This document shows positions 58,451-64,000 of a stretch of 64,000 bases of DNA, piece after piece. Under the pieces are notes generated by a model, which worked only from the letters and a program-made list of their open reading frames with translations, was not told the origin of the DNA and made no database searches. Every line of letters begins with the position of its first letter. Position 1 is the stretch's first letter. This DNA comes from Prorocentrum cordatum (Eukaryota): positions 1 to 64,000 of the forward strand of contig CAUYUJ010000330.1 in assembly GCA_963575745.1 (NCBI GenBank), written 5' to 3'. Made by a program: the position numbers and the translations under genes.

Positions 58451-58744
58451 CCTCCTTACTCTCCTCCCACAGGGGCGGAAGTGAAATGGTACCGAATCCT
58501 GCACCTTACGGGGGGCCCCCCCTCTCTCAAGGGGGGGCGGGTTTCGAAGGGGTGGGGGAGGCTACCCCTCTCCCCTTGAGAATTGCAAGGGGGGGGGTCG
58601 AATCCCCCCCCCCCCCACACTTCGCCGATGGCAAACAACGACGACGACGAAGGTAACGAGAGCGACGACGACGACGACGACGTCGACGACGACGACGGAA
58701 TACGAGCCGCTACGTCCGCCCCGAAAAAAAAAGTGCGGGTATGG

Positions 58745-59620
58745 TAGGGTAGACTAGAGTAGGGTAGAGTAGGTCAGAGTAGAGCAGAGTAGAATAGAGT
58801 TCAGCAGAGTAGGGTAGGGGAGATGGTAGAGTACAGACGGGAATAATAGTGCACAGTAGAGAGAAGAGTAGAGCAGGGTAGAGTAGAGCAGAGCAGAGCA
58901 GAGTAGAGTAGAGTAGCGTAGGACTAGGAATAGAGCAGAGTTGAACAGAATAGTGTTGTGTAGAGTAGGCTAGGTAGGGTAGAGTAGAGTAGGGTAGAGT
59001 AGAACAGAGTATAGTAGAGCTGGGTGGAAAACATTAAAATAGATGAGAGTAGCGCAGAGTGGGAGTAGAGTAGAGTAGGAGTAGAGTAGGAGAAGAGTAG
59101 GAGTAGGAATAGAGCAGAGTAGGAGTAGAAGTAGAGTAGGGTAGAATAGCGCAGTGTCGAGTAGGTTAGGGCGTAGTCGAGTAGTGAAGAGTAGAGAAGA
59201 ACATAGGAGAGTAGTCAAGAGTAGGGTAGAGTAGCGCATGGTCGAGTAGGTTAGGGCATGGTAGAGTAGAACAGAGTAGAGTAGAGAAGAACAGAGGAGA
59301 GTAGACTAGAGTAGGGTAGATGGTAGAGTTGAAGAGGGTGGAGTGGAGTAGAGTAGAGTAGAGTAGAGTAAGAACGAGTAGAGTAGAGTTGAGTTGAGTG
59401 AGTAGAGTAGAGTAGAATAGAATAGAGTAGAGTAGAGTAGAGCAGAGCAGAGCAGAGCAGAGCAGAGTGGGAGTAGAGTAGCGTAGAGTAGATCGGAGTA
59501 GAAGTAGAGCAGAGTAGGAGTAGGAGGGGAGTAGAGTAGAGGAGACTGGAGGGGAGTAGAGTAGAGTAGGGTATAATATATCTGAGTCGAGTAGTGTGTA
59601 GAGTAGAGTACAGTAGAGTC
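58745..59620. repeat. (AGAGT)n pentanucleotide microsatellite
   Basis: Read directly from the sequence. Confidence 0.95.
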
Positions 59621-60239
59621 CACTGCATGTCAGTCGTCTAATCTAATTGGAGTGTGCGCGTGCTGAGTTGTTGTCCGTTTTGTAATGCTTCTTACGTTGC
59701 GTGGTTAGCCGTCTGTTGTCCGCCGTCGTCGTCGTTGGGAAGGGGGGGGCGGCTCGGATCTCACGGCCCGTTAAACGTTTCAGGGGTGCCGTGGGGTGGG
59801 GGGCGGCGGTTCTCGGGGAGGGGGGGGGGGGGGGGGGGAGGGGGGGGGGGGGGGGGGGGGGGCGTTTCGCACGTGTGCTATCATTTGTTTCAGGCAGACG
59901 TCCACGAAACGCTTTTTCTGCCATATGTGCATAAAAGGCGGTTTCACTCGGCGCGAGGCCCAGGGACCATCGCCGAGCAAGACTGCTCGACACATGCCGC
60001 AGAAAGATGTGGCTTGGGGCTCTGGTCGTGATTTGTTCGCAAGATTACAGTGTTTCGCCCTGACGGATCCCAGGGAAAGGGAGCGTTAGCAATGGGTGGG
60101 CTAGCGAATCAGCTCACGTCGATGAGTTCCATAGCTCCGAGAGCACCACTGGGGCGAGACAGGCGCCCAGCGGCGGAGCCAAAACCAGCTGCACGCAGCA
60201 GATTTCGTACCCCTTACCCTCCTCCCCCCTTCTTGCATT

Positions 60240-62649
<2,410 letters not shown>

Positions 62650-62650
<1 letters not shown>

Positions 62651-63927
62651 TTCTCTTCTGCTACCCTTGACCATACGCGGGCTGGGGGACTCCAACTCTC
62701 ACGGGGTGTACAACATCACACTCCTAGTCCTCCGTGGCCCCTGCTGAAAAGCCCGCACCATTCTCACACGCGCAATTCTCACAGTGTCGGCTCTCGCAAC
62801 GCAGCACCACCACTTCTTGACCTCTCGCAAACCAATGTTCTTAAGAATCGCGTGCACTCTTCGAGTGCAATGGCCTCGGCTGTGAATGAAGATAAGTAGC
62901 AAGACATGAATGTCCCGGCCAATGCGATCGACTTGAATATCCACTGCCCTTCAATAACCATGCCCGCCTCTATAATCCAAGCTGATGCCGAGCAAGAATG
63001 CGCCCGAGATCCACCGTCTGAGTGGGCAACCAGATGGCACGACTCAACGCTATGACCGGGAAAAGGCCAGTCGAATTCTTGAATCCAGGTGCGTCCAGTG
63101 TCCATGGTATAATTCGCGAGAAAATCTGCCACTACATTCAGCTCGCGTCTGTGCCAGACCACAGGATCTCTCCACGGGCGAGGCGGCGACCACCCAGCAT
63201 CTAGCACCGAATGTAAGTTATCGCAAATTCTACGGAACACAGGCTCAAGAGAATCATCGGCCAAAGGGCATAAACCCATCGACACCCGTTGCAACGGCTG
63301 ACAATCCACTACGAACACAAAAGAGCCACGAAATTGCCCCCAGTCGTAGTCGACCTCCGGGCCGTCGACGGCGTGGTCCCGCGGACGGACTTGTAAATCC
63401 ACGATCCGTGCCTTCTTGGCGACTCGCTCGCGGGGATCTTGCTGCGACTGCGCAGGAGGTGCCGGCAGACCCCATTTCTCGCAGACAGTCTCGACGAAAA
63501 TAGGCAGACGCTCCATCCAAGCCTGCTTGGACGGGCAACTGTCGCGCATCGCCCGCCTCTCGGTGCCGAAAGCGGCCACAAATACATCCTCGAAAGCTGC
63601 TGGATGTCCAGATGTCGCCTGCGTGAGCCCTAAGGTCCGTCGGATCTTCCACAGAGCTTGCCGCGCGCCGTCCCACCAAGAGACATCCCTGAACGATCGA
63701 AGTTGTTGCAAGTGCGCACTGAACTGTGAGTGGGGCAGGTGCCGCTCCCTCCACGCTCCCTTGTAAACTTCGGTCAAAATGCGATGATGTAGCAGATGAT
63801 GCTTGAATTTGCAGCTAAATTCCTGAATCAACAGGGCGCTTCGGCTATCGTACTCCAGATTCCCTTCCCCAGGTCGGCGACGCAACCGGAGGACTTTTCT
63901 GAGCCACTGTCGTTCCCACCGAAATGA
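62650..63927 (-). mobile_element. 5'-truncated LINE 3' fragment with a C-terminal RNase H-like domain
   Basis: Post-RT-like SFRWERQWLRKVLRLRRRPGE; ORF runs to 62779 with VVDCQPL, WHRRELNVVADFLAN, HSDGGSR, AEAIAL; flanked by (CCT)n on both sides. Confidence 0.75.
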
Positions 63928-64000
63928 CTCCTCCTCCTCCTCCTCCTCCTCCTCCTCCTCCTCCTCCTTCTTCTCCTCCTCCTCCTCCTCCTCCTCCTCC

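Overview
GC-rich, repeat-saturated eukaryotic genomic DNA, most likely dinoflagellate (inferred from GC/GA splice donors, spliced-leader-like relics and pervasive (CCT)n, (TACA)n and (AGAGT)n microsatellites). It contains: (1) one multi-exon host gene (13053-27969, +) with GC-AG, GT-AG and GA-AG introns; (2) a 5'-truncated CRE-type RT-RLE retrotransposon in intron 1 of that gene; (3) a decayed, apparently full-length LINE (about 32720-42220, -) with ORF1, RNase H, APE, RT, C2H2 fingers and a catalytically dead cytosine-methyltransferase-like domain, interrupted by a Helitron2/Helentron-like non-autonomous element; (4) a LINE 3' fragment with an apparently circularly permuted RNase H; (5) the main find, a largely microsatellite-free island of about 14 kb (about 42.3-56.6 kb) carrying an uninterrupted 7.1-kb ORF. 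That ORF appears to fuse an SLBP-like domain, two papain-like Cys/His modules, a D5/SF3 helicase, a family-A-like (TV-Pol) polymerase, a C2H2 finger and a Zisupton/KDZ-like DDE transposase. It is bracketed by inverted 170-bp modules and preceded by a GAATTC foldback array, and is a candidate new class of self-synthesizing DNA transposon. All domain calls come from motif reading by eye; no database search was run.
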